Below, in pieces: positions 62,711 through 64,000 of a stretch of 64,000 nucleotides of DNA (position 1 is its first letter; the number at the start of each line of letters is the position of its first letter). The notes below the pieces were generated by a model. It did no database searches. It had not been told where the DNA came from and worked only from the letters and a program-made list of their open reading frames with translations. This DNA comes from Perna viridis (lineage: Eukaryota). The stretch is taken from NCBI GenBank assembly GCA_037379345.1, contig CM074513.1, positions 45,115,195 to 45,179,194 on the forward strand. Direction: 5' to 3'. The position numbers were made by a program, and so were the translations under genes.

Positions 62711-64000
62711 ACACAATTAATTACTCAAAAAAAATCAGGTAAAAATGTCTGAGCCCTTGTTAAAACAGAAATAAAGAAACGTTACACAAAAACAAACAAA
62801 GGAGTGCTAGTTATTCACTGACGTACCTCCTCCATACCATTTGAAACCCACAAAAAACAAGTCACCATCGTATTAAAAATTGTTTAAAAATAAACAAATT
62901 TACGGTCCATTTTGAAAAAAGCCTTACACCTTAATCACTTGACCCCAGATTTTAGAAATAAATTTCTCTTGGTCCATCATATTTGATTCAATTTGTTATC
63001 TTTCTACGCTGGTCTGATTTGTACATAGTCACTCATAATGATCAAATTTGTAAGTATATTAATACTTTTGATACTTGACAATTTCACCGACATGTGCATG
63101 CGGAATAAAACCTTCTTGACATTTTAATAGATTTCGTTCTCATGTTTAAGATGACATTTGATAGACAATTTTATTTGATTGCTTTATTTTTAATTCATTC
63201 GATTACTAAACTTCAACTGTTGTGCGGATTTGATTCACATCATAAATGCACTCTGCATTGTAGCTAATGTGAGCGAATACCTCGGCCTATTATCCATTCA
63301 AACTTTTTAATCGGCACATGCGAATACGAATAAATCGATAGACAAAAGCGGTAATCAGATGAAGTTTTCAAAATCAACTAAATTTTGCAATGTCTAAATT
63401 AACAAAGAAACTGTTTTATGAATAAAAAAAAATGTTGTTTTATTTGTTGCTTTGTCCTCAAAGTCATCGTTGCTTAATACTGACAAAATTTTAGTACGAT
63501 TACCTGTTAACTCTTACTATTCCTCGCATTTATATCATATCAATGAGCATTTTAAGTTGTATTTGTTCCATGTTTAAAAATATCGATGACAGTAGGACAG
63601 ATTAGTAATGTTACATGGGTAAAGGAGTTTTGATTTCATGTACTATATTGTTGATTAATTTCTTGAGGGGTTAGTTGGTAAAATCCAACTATGTATTACT
63701 TTGCTATCGGACCAAAAATTGAATTCATAGTACTTGACGTTGTCCGATAAATGTCTCACTAGACTTGTAAATATTTGTAACTTTATGTCGGCGGTTGTAT
63801 TTTCGACTGACTCTGTGAAGTATCATTTTCTTTTCTTGATACACAACGTACAAGTGTTGTCTAAGCATCTTTAAAAGCGAAAAATATTCCAATTAAAGTG
63901 ATCCACTATTCTGTGTGCAATTTTAGAAGTGAAAATGTGGTCCCAAAAAGTACAATGGTAAGTAAATATGTATTGATAAGTTGCTAGAAAAAATGTGTGA

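Overview
AT-rich, gene-poor eukaryotic (animal) DNA. The repeat repertoire resembles that of bivalve molluscs (inference). There is no prokaryotic operon structure, rRNA or CRISPR array. One host gene is clear: a rhodopsin-family peptide-type GPCR (36439-37668, +) preceded by a splice acceptor, with a candidate in-frame upstream coding exon at 26130-26165. The rest is a dense mosaic of mobile DNA: (i) an intact Tc1 (DD34E) transposon with TIRs and TA TSD (38924-40299); (ii) about 12 5'-truncated fragments of a Penelope-like retroelement whose ORF ends right after RT (Naiad-type architecture) and whose 3' UTR is structured; (iii) two complete ~510-bp SINE-like elements in inverted orientation, each with its own TSD and a non-tRNA head that folds as an H-type pseudoknot plus an internal-loop hairpin; (iv) a TA-targeting, TIR-less element carrying an internal tRNA-like Pol III cassette (3 multi-part copies plus 1 end fragment); (v) a decayed RTE LINE with a degenerate twister-ribozyme motif at its 5' boundary; (vi) Helentron-associated elements, MITEs and minisatellites. 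The best leads are the RNA-structure modules at retroelement termini and the tRNA-cassette element. Family assignments come from motif recognition by eye, not database searches. Boundaries of decayed repeats are approximate.
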